64,000 nucleotides of DNA from Acidimicrobiia bacterium. GTDB lineage: Bacteria > Actinomycetota > Acidimicrobiia > Spongiisociales > ZC4RG35. The notes beneath the pieces were generated by a model that did no database searches, was not told the origin of the DNA, and saw only the letters and a program-made list of their open reading frames with translations. The DNA lies in assembly GCA_965215185.1 (NCBI GenBank), contig OZ244034.1, positions 192,001-256,000 of the forward strand, read 5' to 3'. Of this stretch, positions 31,360 through 41,690 are shown piece after piece. Every line of letters starts with the position of its first letter. Positions within the stretch are counted from its first letter, which is position 1. The translations under genes were made by a program, and so were the position numbers.

Positions 31360-32456
31360 TTGGCTGTTGAAATGGCGATCTGGCGAATGACCGATGCCGG
31401 GCCGCGTAAGTTGGCGTTGTTGCCGCTTGATTTCGAGCGGCGTCTTGAGCACATGCTCGCTGAGGACCCCAGCATGAGTGGGATCGACCTGCTTGTCATT
31501 GGGAGACACAGACCGCGTATGGCGGCTATATAGATCTCCTGGCCCTCGATGTCGACGCGCGCGTCCATGTCCTCGAACTCAAGCGTGATCGCACCCCTCG
31601 AGACGTCGTCGCCCAAACGCTCGACTATGGGTCCTGGGTGCAGGGTCTAGGTCTCGAGGACCTCGAGCAGATCTACCTCGACCACCATGATGGCGAAACC
31701 GACCTCGGGGAGGCCTTCGCAGAGCGATTCGGCAGCCCTCTCCCGGATGTTGTCAATGCCGCTCAGCAGTTCACGATCCTCGCGTCAGAACTCGACCCGA
31801 CGTCTGATCGCATCGTCGAGTTCCTCGCGGAGTCCTACGGGGTGCCTATCAACGCCGTCTTCTTCCGCCACTTCCGCGACGAAGATCGTGACTACCTCGC
31901 TCGGACGTGGCTGCTCGATCCTCTGCCGACCGAAGGCACCGGCGGGGGACCATCGCGCCGCAAGAGTCGGCCGTGGAACGGCCGGGACTTCTACACCGTG
32001 CTGGGCCGAGCCGACAGTACCGAACGCTGGTCGATAGCGAGCAAGTACGGGTTCCTCAACGGGGGCGGTGGATCGTGGTACTGGAAGCCGCTGCGGAACC
32101 TCACGCCGGGAAAGCGCGTGTTCGCATATGTGGGCGGGGCCGGGTATGTCGGCATAGGCCTAGTCACCGGGGAGATGATCCCCGCGCGTGATGCCAAAGT
32201 CGAGGTCAATGGACAACTCCAATCACTTCTCGATCAAACAGAGCTGAGCGCGGAGTGGCGGGGGAGCGCGGCCTCAGACGACCCCGAACTTACCGAGATG
32301 GTCGTGCCGGTCAAGTGGCTCGGCATACGGCCCCTCGAGGAGGCGGTTTGGGAGAAGGGGCTCTTCGCATCACAGGTCACCGTCTGCAAACTGCGCGACG
32401 AGCGCACAATCAAGACGGTCGAGGCGGCGTTCGGGCTCCAATCTGCCATTGACTGA
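31360..32456 (+). pseudogene. NucS/DUF91-like PD-(D/E)XK nuclease with C-terminal domain, frameshifted near 31510
   Basis: ERRLE...DP...LLVIGR, then in a shifted frame GYIDLLALD...VLELKRDRTPRDVVAQ.LDY, continuing into ORF 31638..32456. Confidence 0.75.
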
Positions 32457-32547
32457 TCGACCAGCCCCCAAGGCAGTCTCCCACGGTTTGTTTGATTCAA
32501 TAACCTAGGCTCGAAGACGACCGGTGCCTGGTCGCAAAGACCGTTTG

Positions 32548-34392
32548 TCAACGAAGAGGTAAGATCTTCCCTGATGCTCGTAGCGCATCGCTGATTCGGT
32601 CTTCTAAGGGCGTCGGTTCCGATGGAGCGACCGGGGTGGTCGTGCTCTCCTGCTCGGACCTGACCCGGCGCGCCGTCCGTTCTGCTTGGGTGGCATCCGG
32701 ATCGACCTGGGCCGTGTCCGGCTTGAATACGACTCCGTATTCGTTGAACGCTCGCTCGGTTGACAAGATTCCGTTACGAACATCCAATGCAACAAGCTGT
32801 ATGTCCCGGTCGAGAGGATCTCCCCAGCCGCCGGCGCCGGCCGTACGGTGAATCAAACGAGTCCCGGCCGTAACCCGCTGAGAGAACTTGGAGGGCATGA
32901 GCATCTCTTGGCCATCTGTGCCGAGACGGTTTTCCGAAGGTGTGCCGGGCTTTCCGGCGCCGATCCCGTAAGGCCAGATTGTGGCCCGGTCGGAACGAAC
33001 GCTCAGGTCGCATTCCTGGAGAAACGTGTACTCGCGCTGAAGCGAGAGGCCACCCCGGTGAAGGCCCGCGCCCCCCGTGTCGGGAACATAGCCGTAGTGA
33101 TCGACTCGGACGGGAAGTGACGACTCGAGCATCTCGACGGGGATGTTGCTCACATTGGCGCCGATATTCGGCACGCCATCCTCGCCATCACCAAGAGACT
33201 GGCCGCCCCACGCCCCAGAAATCAGTTCCACGACAGAGAACCGCTCGCCGTCGGGTCTCATGCCCCCCACCGTGACCAGCGACAGCCCCCCGTCGGAAGC
33301 TCCCATCACCCGGTCGGGGAGAGCGGGTGCCAGGGCGCCGAAAATGGCGTCCAATACCCTGAAACCGGTCAGGCCACGGGTTCCCGTAGCGGCCGGAAGG
33401 ACACAATTGAGGATGCTCCCCAACGGCGCCTTGACTGTTATCGGCCGAAAGAACCCGGCGTTGTTGGGAATGTCGGACCGCAGCAAGGTACGCATCGCCG
33501 CGTAGGTATTCGACTTCGTAAACGACAGGGTGTTGTTCAACGAAGCCCGAACCTGTGGCGAAGTGCCTTCGAAGTCGAGGGTAACTCCACCGTCGCGGAT
33601 CTCTATGGATACGGCTATGGGCACCGGATCATCACGGACACCGTCGTCATCCAGATAGTCGGTGAACGAGTAGGTTCCCTCCGGGAACGTACCGATCTCG
33701 AGGCTGGTGAGCATTTCCGTATAGTCGAGCAGCGCCACTACATGGGCTCTGAACGTCTCGAGTCCGTAGCGGCGGATCATTTGGTGGAAGGCCTTGACCC
33801 CGGTCGTACACGCCACCAGCTGGGCTTCGAAGTCTCCGAGGACAATGTCCGGTACCCGGGTGTTAGCAGCAAGAAGGGCGAATATGCCTTCCTCCCGCTT
33901 TCCACGCGAAAAGAGCTTGACAGGCGGGATCCGCAGGCCCTCCTGAAAACACTCCTCGGCATAGGGCGACATGCTCCCGGCCACCAGTCCACCGAGATCG
34001 GCATGATGCGCCACCGTCGCCACGAGTCCTACGAACTGCGAGTCGTAGAAGACGGGGCGCACGACGAAAATATCAGGAAGGTGCATACCACCGTCAAACG
34101 GATCGTTGACCATGGCCACATCGCCTGGATGCAGATCTCCTCGGAATCGGTTGAGAATCGCCGCCACAGCATCCGGAAGAGCACCGAGTTGGTTGGGCAG
34201 GGTGACTCCTTGTGCGATTATCTGTCCGGTCTCGTCACACAAGGCTGTGGAGAAGTCCATCGCGCTCTTCACCGTCTCCGAATGTGCAGTCCGCAGGACG
34301 CTCACCGCCATCTCTTCGCATATCGCCGCCAGACCCTCGCGGATCAGTTCCCGCTCGATCGCGGCTGTTCCTCTGGATGCTGCGGTGGTCAT
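32548..34392 (-). CDS. Hydantoinase B / 5-oxoprolinase family subunit
   Basis: EEM...LRTAHS...DFSTAL, NDPFDGGMHLPD, H.ADLGG..AGSM, PDTGGAG..RGG, AGAGGWGDPL.R. Confidence 0.93.
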   Translation of the reverse strand: MTTAASRGTAAIERELIREGLAAICEEMAVSVLRTAHSETVKSAMDFSTALCDETGQIIAQGVTLPNQLGALPDAVAAILNRFRGDLHPGDVAMVNDPFDGGMHLPDIFVVRPVFYDSQFVGLVATVAHHADLGGLVAGSMSPYAEECFQEGLRIPPVKLFSRGKREEGIFALLAANTRVPDIVLGDFEAQLVACTTGVKAFHQMIRRYGLETFRAHVVALLDYTEMLTSLEIGTFPEGTYSFTDYLDDDGVRDDPVPIAVSIEIRDGGVTLDFEGTSPQVRASLNNTLSFTKSNTYAAMRTLLRSDIPNNAGFFRPITVKAPLGSILNCVLPAATGTRGLTGFRVLDAIFGALAPALPDRVMGASDGGLSLVTVGGMRPDGERFSVVELISGAWGGQSLGDGEDGVPNIGANVSNIPVEMLESSLPVRVDHYGYVPDTGGAGLHRGGLSLQREYTFLQECDLSVRSDRATIWPYGIGAGKPGTPSENRLGTDGQEMLMPSKFSQRVTAGTRLIHRTAGAGGWGDPLDRDIQLVALDVRNGILSTERAFNEYGVVFKPDTAQVDPDATQAERTARRVRSEQESTTTPVAPSEPTPLEDRISDALRASGKILPLR

Positions 34393-36500
34393 GACGAACC
34401 CTCCTCAATGAACACATTCCAGGACTGGTCACGGAAGACTCTGTAACCGGGTGGGACCACCGTGGTGGCGTCGTAGTCCTCTATGATGAGTGGCGCTTCT
34501 CTGGGTGTAGGCGTGAGATCGCCGCGGCGGATTACCGGTGTCGGCAGGAGGCCGATGGCCTCGCCGAAGAAGACTTCTCGCTCCCGTGACACATCTGGCT
34601 GTGAGTCGGGCCGGTTGCTCGCAGGTACGCCGGGTGGATTCAACTCGCGTATCACCACCAGTAGTTGCACGATCTCGGTTGGATTGTTGGTCCGGTGGCC
34701 ATAGATGTTCTGGTGCTGCTCGCCGAACGCCCTGTCCAGTTCCACCAACCATGATGACCAATCATCGACAAACGGTGGCATCCTGACGGGAAGTTCAAAA
34801 CCCTGACCCACATATCGCATCTCCACCCAGGGTTCGAATTCAAAGGAGACGGTCTGCAGGCTCTTATGTCCCACGCCCTCCTGTGCCTGCGCCTCCAGTT
34901 CACCGATCTCCGATCGCAGTTCCTGGCGGGACAGGCTGCTGGTGCGCCGCAGGTAGGTCTTCTTGGCATGGAATTCGAGCCGGGCCTCCAGAAGTCCGAC
35001 AGCCGAGAAAACCCCAGGTTGGGGCGGCACGATTACCCGCTTGATCCCCAGTTCCCGAGCAATTCCCACGGCATGGACGGGCCCGCTGCCCCCGAACGCT
35101 ATCAGGGTGAAGTCGCGTGGGTCCCGGCCCCGCTGAACTGAAACGGACTTGATCGCCCGGATCATGCTGGCGTTGGCGATCTGATGGGCGCCATAGGCGG
35201 CGACCGGAACATCGAGACCCAGGGGAGCGGCGACCTTGCTCTCGAACACGGCTCGGGCTCTGGCAACATCCAGCTTCACCGCCCCGTCCAGCAGCCCCTC
35301 GGGGTTCAGATACCCGAGCAACAGGTTGGCGTCGGTAACCGTAGGCTCGTCGCCTCCCTTCCCGTAACACACCGGACCGGGAAGCGCCCCGGCCGAAGAG
35401 GGGCCAACCTTCGGAGCACCGGCGGAATCGATCCATACGATGCTGCCACCCCCCGCTCCGACCTCGGCGAGGTCAATGAAGGGCACACTCAGGGCGTAGC
35501 CGCCTCCGCTCCTCAAGCGGCTACCGGCGGACATCGATGACGCCACCTCGAATTCGGCCGTGAAGTGCGGTTCGCCATTCTCCACCAAGGCGGTCTTGGC
35601 GGTGGTGCCGCCCATGTCGAACGTGATGACCTTATCCATCCCCAACGATCGCGCCAGCCCACTGGACGCGATCACCCCGGCTGCGGGACCCGACTCAACA
35701 ACGTATGCAGGTCGCTCAGCGGCCGCTTCGCTGGTCATGACGCCGCCATTGGACTGCATAATGAGCAACGGGGCCGTCACGCCCAGCGAGTTGAGCTTTC
35801 CCCGCAGCGCCTCGAGGTAGGAGGCGACCACTGGCCTGACATAAGCGTTGAGCACCGTCGTGCTGGTCCTCTCGTACTCACGAATCACCGGTAACACCCG
35901 GTGTGATAGTGAGATCCAGACATGGGGGTATTCGTTGGCGAGCATGTCACCGATGGCCGTCTCGTGGGAGGGATTGGCGTAGGAGTGGATAAGGCTCACT
36001 GCAATCGACTCCACCCCCAGTTCGATGAGCTTTTCCGCCTTCCGCCGGGCGTCGTCGAGATCCAGGGCTGTGATCGTGGAGCCGTCAACACCGATTCGTT
36101 CGATGACCTCGAGGCGCCGCGAGCGTTCGACCAGAGGCTCGGGTTTCTTCCAGGTCACGTCGTACAGCTTTGGAACACGCAGTCTTCGCAACTCGAGGAC
36201 GTCGGCAAACCCCGCCGTGGTCAACAAACCCGTGAGGGCGCCCTTTCGTTCGAGAATGGCATTGGTCGCCATGGTGCTTCCATGCACCACGTCGCGCGTG
36301 TCAGCCGACTCGATACCGTGAGACTCGATGATTTCGTGGATCCCCTCAATCACCCCTTTGCTGAAGTCCCGTGGGGTGGACAGCAGTTTGTAGGTATAAA
36401 TATCGCCACTGGCGCTGGTAATGACGACATCGGTAAAGGTGCCTCCCACATCAACACCGATTCTTGATTCCTCTGGCAGCCGTAGGCCGGAAGCGCTCAT
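34389..36500 (-). CDS. Hydantoinase A / 5-oxoprolinase family ATP-dependent subunit
   Basis: GVDVGGTFTD, HGST.ATNA, REYERTSTT, ESGPAAG, DMGGTT, GAGGGSI, PTVTDA. Confidence 0.94.
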   Translation of the reverse strand: MSASGLRLPEESRIGVDVGGTFTDVVITSASGDIYTYKLLSTPRDFSKGVIEGIHEIIESHGIESADTRDVVHGSTMATNAILERKGALTGLLTTAGFADVLELRRLRVPKLYDVTWKKPEPLVERSRRLEVIERIGVDGSTITALDLDDARRKAEKLIELGVESIAVSLIHSYANPSHETAIGDMLANEYPHVWISLSHRVLPVIREYERTSTTVLNAYVRPVVASYLEALRGKLNSLGVTAPLLIMQSNGGVMTSEAAAERPAYVVESGPAAGVIASSGLARSLGMDKVITFDMGGTTAKTALVENGEPHFTAEFEVASSMSAGSRLRSGGGYALSVPFIDLAEVGAGGGSIVWIDSAGAPKVGPSSAGALPGPVCYGKGGDEPTVTDANLLLGYLNPEGLLDGAVKLDVARARAVFESKVAAPLGLDVPVAAYGAHQIANASMIRAIKSVSVQRGRDPRDFTLIAFGGSGPVHAVGIARELGIKRVIVPPQPGVFSAVGLLEARLEFHAKKTYLRRTSSLSRQELRSEIGELEAQAQEGVGHKSLQTVSFEFEPWVEMRYVGQGFELPVRMPPFVDDWSSWLVELDRAFGEQHQNIYGHRTNNPTEIVQLLVVIRELNPPGVPASNRPDSQPDVSREREVFFGEAIGLLPTPVIRRGDLTPTPREAPLIIEDYDATTVVPPGYRVFRDQSWNVFIEEGSS

Positions 36501-36616
36501 ACGGAAGTTGACCTCGATTCCGCCTCCGCGCTGGTCATCGTCTCCGTGCCGACCGCGACTCCGCGCCGACGGTCGGGATCAAAGGATCGAAGCGACATAG
36601 GCCCGTATCTTAGGAG

Positions 36617-36631
36617 ATATGTGACAAAATA
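36617..36631 (+). promoter_or_regulatory. Candidate operator ATATGTGACAAAATA upstream of the hydantoinase operon
   Basis: 13/15 match to the reverse complement of 27068-27082. Confidence 0.5.
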
Positions 36632-36860
36632 TCACAACAACAATCGCCCAAGGCCACTGACCGATTTGACTGCGAGGAATCGGGGGGTGCTTTGCAGGCT
36701 ATCGGGTTTTCGGGTGCTGGTGTAAGTGTCGTGACCCTCGATTTGACTGACCCGGCTTGGTGTCTCTTGTTTGACCTGTCCGGCATTGACGCCGGTCCAG
36801 AGCCTGGCGAACCCGGGGTAGCTTACAGGCATGTAAACGTCCCCTGAAGAAAGGGCAGCA

Positions 36861-37271
36861 ATGAAGAGGGATAACTTGATCAAAGGTGTAATTCCCGGTG
36901 TTATGGCCGGTTACCTGTTCCTGGCTTACGCCGGAGGGGGCATGCAGGACATGATCGGTGGCATGATTGACGCCAACGACTTCGCGGGCTTCATCATGCA
37001 CGTCGTCTTCAGCGCCGTTATTGGTGCTCTGTATACAGCCTTTTTCGTGCCCTATGTGAAGCTGGGTAACGCCCTGTTGAACATCGTGGTTGGTGGTCTG
37101 ATCTACGGTGTCATCTGGTGGGTATTGGGTGGCAACATCATTATGCCGCTTATCGCGGGTGGCGACGTGCTGCAGTTTGGTCTAGGAGCAAGCTTCTATG
37201 GTCACATCATCTTTGGGCACGCTCTTGCCTTCCTCGTGATCTTGCGTGATATGGCGCTGAAGAGCCAGTAA
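36861..37271 (+). CDS. Small membrane protein (DUF1440-like, about 4 TM)
   Basis: Hydrophobic segments with GFIMHVVFSAVIGALY, GLIYGVIWWVLG and GHIIFG. AAAGGG RBS. Confidence 0.7.
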   Translation: MKRDNLIKGVIPGVMAGYLFLAYAGGGMQDMIGGMIDANDFAGFIMHVVFSAVIGALYTAFFVPYVKLGNALLNIVVGGLIYGVIWWVLGGNIIMPLIAGGDVLQFGLGASFYGHIIFGHALAFLVILRDMALKSQ

Positions 37272-37364
37272 AAGGGGCTCTTCCCCTAGCCAGGGACGGC
37301 AAACGGGCCCCGTTCTCCCACTGGACCCCAATAGCGGTGATGGGTCAATCGTTTAGGGAATGCT

Positions 37365-38687
37365 CTAACGGTTGACCCGTTGTCCGCCTTCCACTACGAT
37401 TCGACCGCCGATGATGACATGCCTCACGCGGGTGATGTCATCTCGGTCGACCACAACCATGTCGGCTACGTGTCCCGGTTCGATGAGTCCCCTGCCAGGA
37501 GCTAGGCCAGGGATAATGGCGGCAGGAGAGCTGGTGGCGAGCCTCACAGCCTGCGGGAGAGAGATCACTCCGTATTCGACCGCCTTCTTGATCAACAACA
37601 GGATGGGGTCGTGATAGCCCCCCGAGTAGTCCGTGGACACCACGTCAACCAGCCCCTCGGCCAGCAAGGCGAAGGTGGTCTCCGGACTGGGCTCCAACTG
37701 GCCGACGCCGAAATGGTCGGCGGTGATCACTTCCACGAAGCCTCCGTAACCCCTGACCTCCTTCGCAATCTGCACCGCCTCTTCGGGTGTGGCGTGATAA
37801 TTGGCGTGTAGCGCCACCATCTGGTCGCCAATTTCCTTGGCGACCTCTCGGATGGGGACATAGGTGTCCGGTTCGGTGTGGCACAGGGCAGGTACCCCCA
37901 GCCTCGGGGCATAGTCGATGGTCTCGAGTATCGCTTCTTTAGCGGCCGCCATCGGTTCGACGCTGGTCTCTCTTACCAGCGTCTTCGCTTCGTCTAGCGT
38001 CATCGGTTCCAAACCCGCGTTCTGGATGATTCGAGCGATTGCGCGGTCGTCTCCCGACATGTAAGCAGCGTCCAGAGCGAGTGCGTGGCCCACGGAAATC
38101 GGCCGTTCGAGCCGCAGATTCTTCTCGTACGTTGCGCCGGTGGTGGCCCAGGAGCCTACTTCTCCCATAGCCACGGCGCCCGAAGACACAGCCTCCTCGG
38201 CGGTGAAACTGCGGTGATACGCTCCGAGGCGGTTGCCGCCCAATTCCCCAGAAGCAACGTTCTTCGGCGTGTGGAGAGTCGACATCTTGACGTTCAGCGG
38301 ATGGATCTTGTTTATGGCATCGTTCTCGAAGGGCAGGGCAAAGCCGTCCAGGCTGAGCACGGTCGTCGTCCCTTGGAACAGGTGGTTGGTGAGGTTCGCG
38401 AGAACTCTTTCTTCGGGAGCACCATCTCTCGGAAGCCCCGGACAGAACGGACCGAAGCTAACTACATGCGTATGAATGTTGATGAGTCCGGGCAGTATGA
38501 GACCGCCTTCAGCATCGAGGACCCGATGCGAGTACACCCGGTAGGGGAGGTGTCGGATCCTGTGAAGAGCGGTGATCAATCCGTCTTCGGTTGTGACGGA
38601 AGTGTCCTCTAGGTAGGACCGCCCGTCACCGGTAACGACATGCCCGTTGACGATATCGAGCCGCATTGCATTCCCCCAGGTTGGCAT
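37365..38687 (-). CDS. Amidohydrolase superfamily metal-dependent hydrolase
   Basis: LPGLINIHTH, QGTTT, VSTDY, PA...G...RGLIEPG..ADMVV. Confidence 0.85.
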   Translation of the reverse strand: MPTWGNAMRLDIVNGHVVTGDGRSYLEDTSVTTEDGLITALHRIRHLPYRVYSHRVLDAEGGLILPGLINIHTHVVSFGPFCPGLPRDGAPEERVLANLTNHLFQGTTTVLSLDGFALPFENDAINKIHPLNVKMSTLHTPKNVASGELGGNRLGAYHRSFTAEEAVSSGAVAMGEVGSWATTGATYEKNLRLERPISVGHALALDAAYMSGDDRAIARIIQNAGLEPMTLDEAKTLVRETSVEPMAAAKEAILETIDYAPRLGVPALCHTEPDTYVPIREVAKEIGDQMVALHANYHATPEEAVQIAKEVRGYGGFVEVITADHFGVGQLEPSPETTFALLAEGLVDVVSTDYSGGYHDPILLLIKKAVEYGVISLPQAVRLATSSPAAIIPGLAPGRGLIEPGHVADMVVVDRDDITRVRHVIIGGRIVVEGGQRVNR

Positions 38688-38846
38688 GGATCAAGACTGT
38701 GCCCTCTCGAACTCTACTGGCGCGGTGAGAACGCCGACAGTTTCACACTCATTGGAGTCGCCTCAGGGTCACGGTGAATAGTGGTCACTCGTGGGCGGCG
38801 GTAATACCCAGGACATTGCCAGGCTCTGCCGCTTTTGCCCGCCTGT

Positions 38847-38865
38847 TTGCGGATCGAAACCGACC
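38847..38865 (+). repeat. 19-bp direct repeat, copy 1 (TTGCGGATCGAAACCGACC)
   Basis: Identical to 45803-45821. Confidence 0.85.
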
Positions 38866-38880
38866 ACTAGAGTTACCGAC

Positions 38881-38894
38881 TGTAAGCGCTTACG
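38881..38894. promoter_or_regulatory. LacI-family operator TGTAAGCGCTTACG
   Basis: Near-perfect palindrome upstream of the GH13 gene; second copy at 41662. Confidence 0.8.
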
Positions 38895-38906
38895 GAGAAG
38901 GGCGGA

Positions 38907-40573
38907 TGAAGGGCAGCAGGCCGCAACAGGTTACCACCGGGGGCTTCGTGACTTCATCGTTGGAGGACGCTGCCGGGTGCCATAAGACTCCCTGGTGGGA
39001 AGGAGCCGTCGGCTATCAGATCTATGTACGTTCGTTCGCGGACAGCAACGGGGACGGCATGGGCGACCTGCGCGGCATCGCCCAGCGCCTTGACTATCTC
39101 ACTTGGCTGGGAGTCGGTGCCGTATGGCTGACGCCCTTCTATCCGACGTCCGGGCACGATCACGGCTACGACGTCAGCGAATACTGTGATGTGTCGCCCC
39201 AACACGGCAGCCTCGACGACTTCGACCACCTCGTGGAGTTGGCCCACAGCCGCGGTCTAAAAGTGATCGTGGACGTGGTCCCCAATCACACCTCAATCGA
39301 CCACGAATGGTTCATCCGGGCCCGAGGCCAGCGCGACAGCCCTGATCGGGATCGCTACCTGTGGGCTGATCCGGCGCCCGGCGGCGGGCCGCCCAACAAT
39401 TGGCGCAGCCACTTCGGCGGACCCGCCTGGACCCTGGACGAGGCCTCGGGTCAGTACTGGTGCCATCTCTTTTTGCCGGAACAGCCCGATCTCAACTGGC
39501 GCAACGAAGAAGTGATGGCGTCCTTCGACGCGATCCTGCGGTGGTGGATCCAGCGCGGCGTTGACGGGTTCCGCATCGACGTCGCTTCCGGCCTGGTCAA
39601 GGACGCCCAAATGCGAGACAACCCCCAGATCGCGCCCGTCAATTCGGACATGGATCCCTTGGAGGTGTTCGCTGCATTCGATCACCGCTACGACATGGAC
39701 CAGCCAGAAACCGTTGACATCTTCCGCCGTTGGCAGCGTGTTTGCGAGCCCCACGACATACTCCTGCTCGGCGAGGTCGGCCTGTCGGCGCCCGAGCGAG
39801 TCGGCCATTACGTGGCGCCGGGTGCGCTCGACCGCGCTTTCTTCCTGCCGCCTTCCTGGATGGTGTGGTCGCCGACCGAGATCGTAGCGATGCTGAGATC
39901 GATGCAGCGAGCCGCTCCCGGCGCCGTGGCGTGGGTGTTGAGCAACCACGATCGGATGCGGGTGGCTGACCGCTTCGGCGGAGGCAACGCCGGGCAGCGG
40001 CGGGCTCTGGCCCTCACCACGCTGATGATGGCGCTTGGGGGGATGCCGTTTCTGTACCAGGGTGAGGAACTCGGGCTTGGCGACGGGGTGGTCCGGGCGG
40101 GAGGCCAGCAAGACCCATTCGCGGTCCGGAACCCAGGCGCGGTGAACGGGCGCGACGGCTGCCGTACGCCCATGCCTTGGGACGGCACGGCCTACAACGG
40201 CTTTTCAACCAGCGCGCCTTGGATCGACTCTGAGCCCCGCTCCGTTGAGGAGACAGTCGCGGGCCAGCGCAGCGATCCACACGCTGCGGTGCATCGCTAC
40301 CGCGAGTTGCTGGCGGCCCGCCGTCGACATCCGGATCTCTGGCAGGCGCCGGCCGAGTGGATTGAGACGGGGGATCCGTCAGTGGTCGTGGTGCGTCGAG
40401 GCTCGGCTGTGGTCGTCGCCAACCTGGCCGACCGTCGCACGAGCGTGCGGCTGGGCTCCCCCGGATGGCAACCCGTCTTCGCCAGCCGGGAAAGCATTAG
40501 CCTTGACAGCCCGGCACGGGACGCGGTATCTGTACCTGCCGAGTCAGCCGTGGTGTTGGCGAGCGGTCATTAG
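38907..40573 (+). CDS. GH13 alpha-glucosidase
   Basis: WW..AVGYQIYVRSFADSNGDG.GDL, DHGYDV, DVVPNHTS, EQPDLNW, DGFRIDVA, SNHD, YQGEELG, RDGCRTPMPW. Start uncertain (38907 or 38948). Confidence 0.93.
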
Positions 40574-40593
40574 CAGCCAAAGGAGAAACAGCC

Positions 40594-41607
40594 TTGGGAG
40601 AGAGCGGGACCACAATAGAGGACATAGCCGAGGCGGCGGGAGTGTCGATCGCCACCGTCAGCCGCGCCCTGCGCAACCTCCCCAATGTGGCGCCGGCGAC
40701 CCGTTCGAAAGTGCTCGAGGTGGCGGCCAAGTTTCGGTATGAACTCCATCCTCAGGCGTCGCGCCTGGCCTCAGGGCGGACCTGGACGGTCGGCGTGGTA
40801 GCACCTCTGTTCGGGACTTGGTTCCCGTTCCGCGCCCTGGGTGGCATCAACTCGGTGTTCGCCAAGGCAGGCTACGACCTGCTGATCTCCATGATGACCA
40901 ATCCCGAGGACCGCCAGCGGTTCTTGCAGGGGGCCAGGTCGTTCTGCCGCCGTGTTGACGGGATCGTCCTGATCGACACCTTTGTCAGCGCCGACGTCAG
41001 CTCGGCAGACGCTTTATTCAACCGGCCGGTCGTAGCGGTCGGCGAGAGACTCGAGGGCGCTTCTTCGATAGCCATCGACAACCGCCTCGCTTCCCGGCGC
41101 GCCGTTGAGCATCTCATCGATCTCGGGCACGAGCGCATCGGCCTGGTTGCTGGACCGCAGCCGGCGGGCCTGCCGACACCGGTTCCAAGGCAGCGTCGGC
41201 TCGGCTACGAAGACGCCCTGCGGGCCGCGGGGCTGCCGATCGATCCTTCACTGGTGGTGGGCGGCGAGGGGTCCGCCACCGGCGGCGCCGCTGCACTGGC
41301 GAGGCTCCTTGAAGGCTCCGACCCCCCCACCGCGGTGTTCTGCGCATCCGATGAGATGGCCATTGGTGTGGTGCAGGCCGCGGCTCGCCGCGGCCTCGGC
41401 GTGCCGGGCGACCTCTCTGTTGTCGGGTTCGACGACCACGACCTGTCAGACGCTTTGGGGCTTACCACGATGCGTCAGGCTGTCGACGAGATGGGCGTCC
41501 GGGCGGCTGAGACGGTGCTGGCGCTGATCGACGGCAGCGAGCCGGTGAGCGACATCACCTGGGAAGTCCCCCTGGTGATACGTAACACAACCGCTCCAAT
41601 AGGTTGA
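40594..41607 (+). CDS. LacI-family transcriptional regulator
   Basis: TIEDIAEAAGVSIATVSRAL HTH; PTAVFCASDEMA; VPGDLSVVGFDD. Confidence 0.95.
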   Translation: MGESGTTIEDIAEAAGVSIATVSRALRNLPNVAPATRSKVLEVAAKFRYELHPQASRLASGRTWTVGVVAPLFGTWFPFRALGGINSVFAKAGYDLLISMMTNPEDRQRFLQGARSFCRRVDGIVLIDTFVSADVSSADALFNRPVVAVGERLEGASSIAIDNRLASRRAVEHLIDLGHERIGLVAGPQPAGLPTPVPRQRRLGYEDALRAAGLPIDPSLVVGGEGSATGGAAALARLLEGSDPPTAVFCASDEMAIGVVQAAARRGLGVPGDLSVVGFDDHDLSDALGLTTMRQAVDEMGVRAAETVLALIDGSEPVSDITWEVPLVIRNTTAPIG

Positions 41608-41626
41608 ACACCACCGTGTAGATGGG

Positions 41627-41675
41627 TTGACGCAGCGCGGCGAGTACGCTACAGTAAGAACTGTAAGCGCTTACA
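41627..41675 (+). promoter_or_regulatory. Sigma70-type promoter (TTGACG-17-TACAGT) followed by LacI operator TGTAAGCGCTTACA
   Basis: -35 at 41627-41632, -10 at 41650-41655, perfect palindrome at 41662-41675, GGAGG RBS before the ATG at 41691. Confidence 0.8.
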
Positions 41676-41690
41676 TTCAGGAGGTGCGCC

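Noticed and set aside
36616-36633. GATAT-N8-ATATC as a recombinase site
   Set aside because: The spacer is 8 bp, it lies far from the island, and it is better explained as the shared operator motif.
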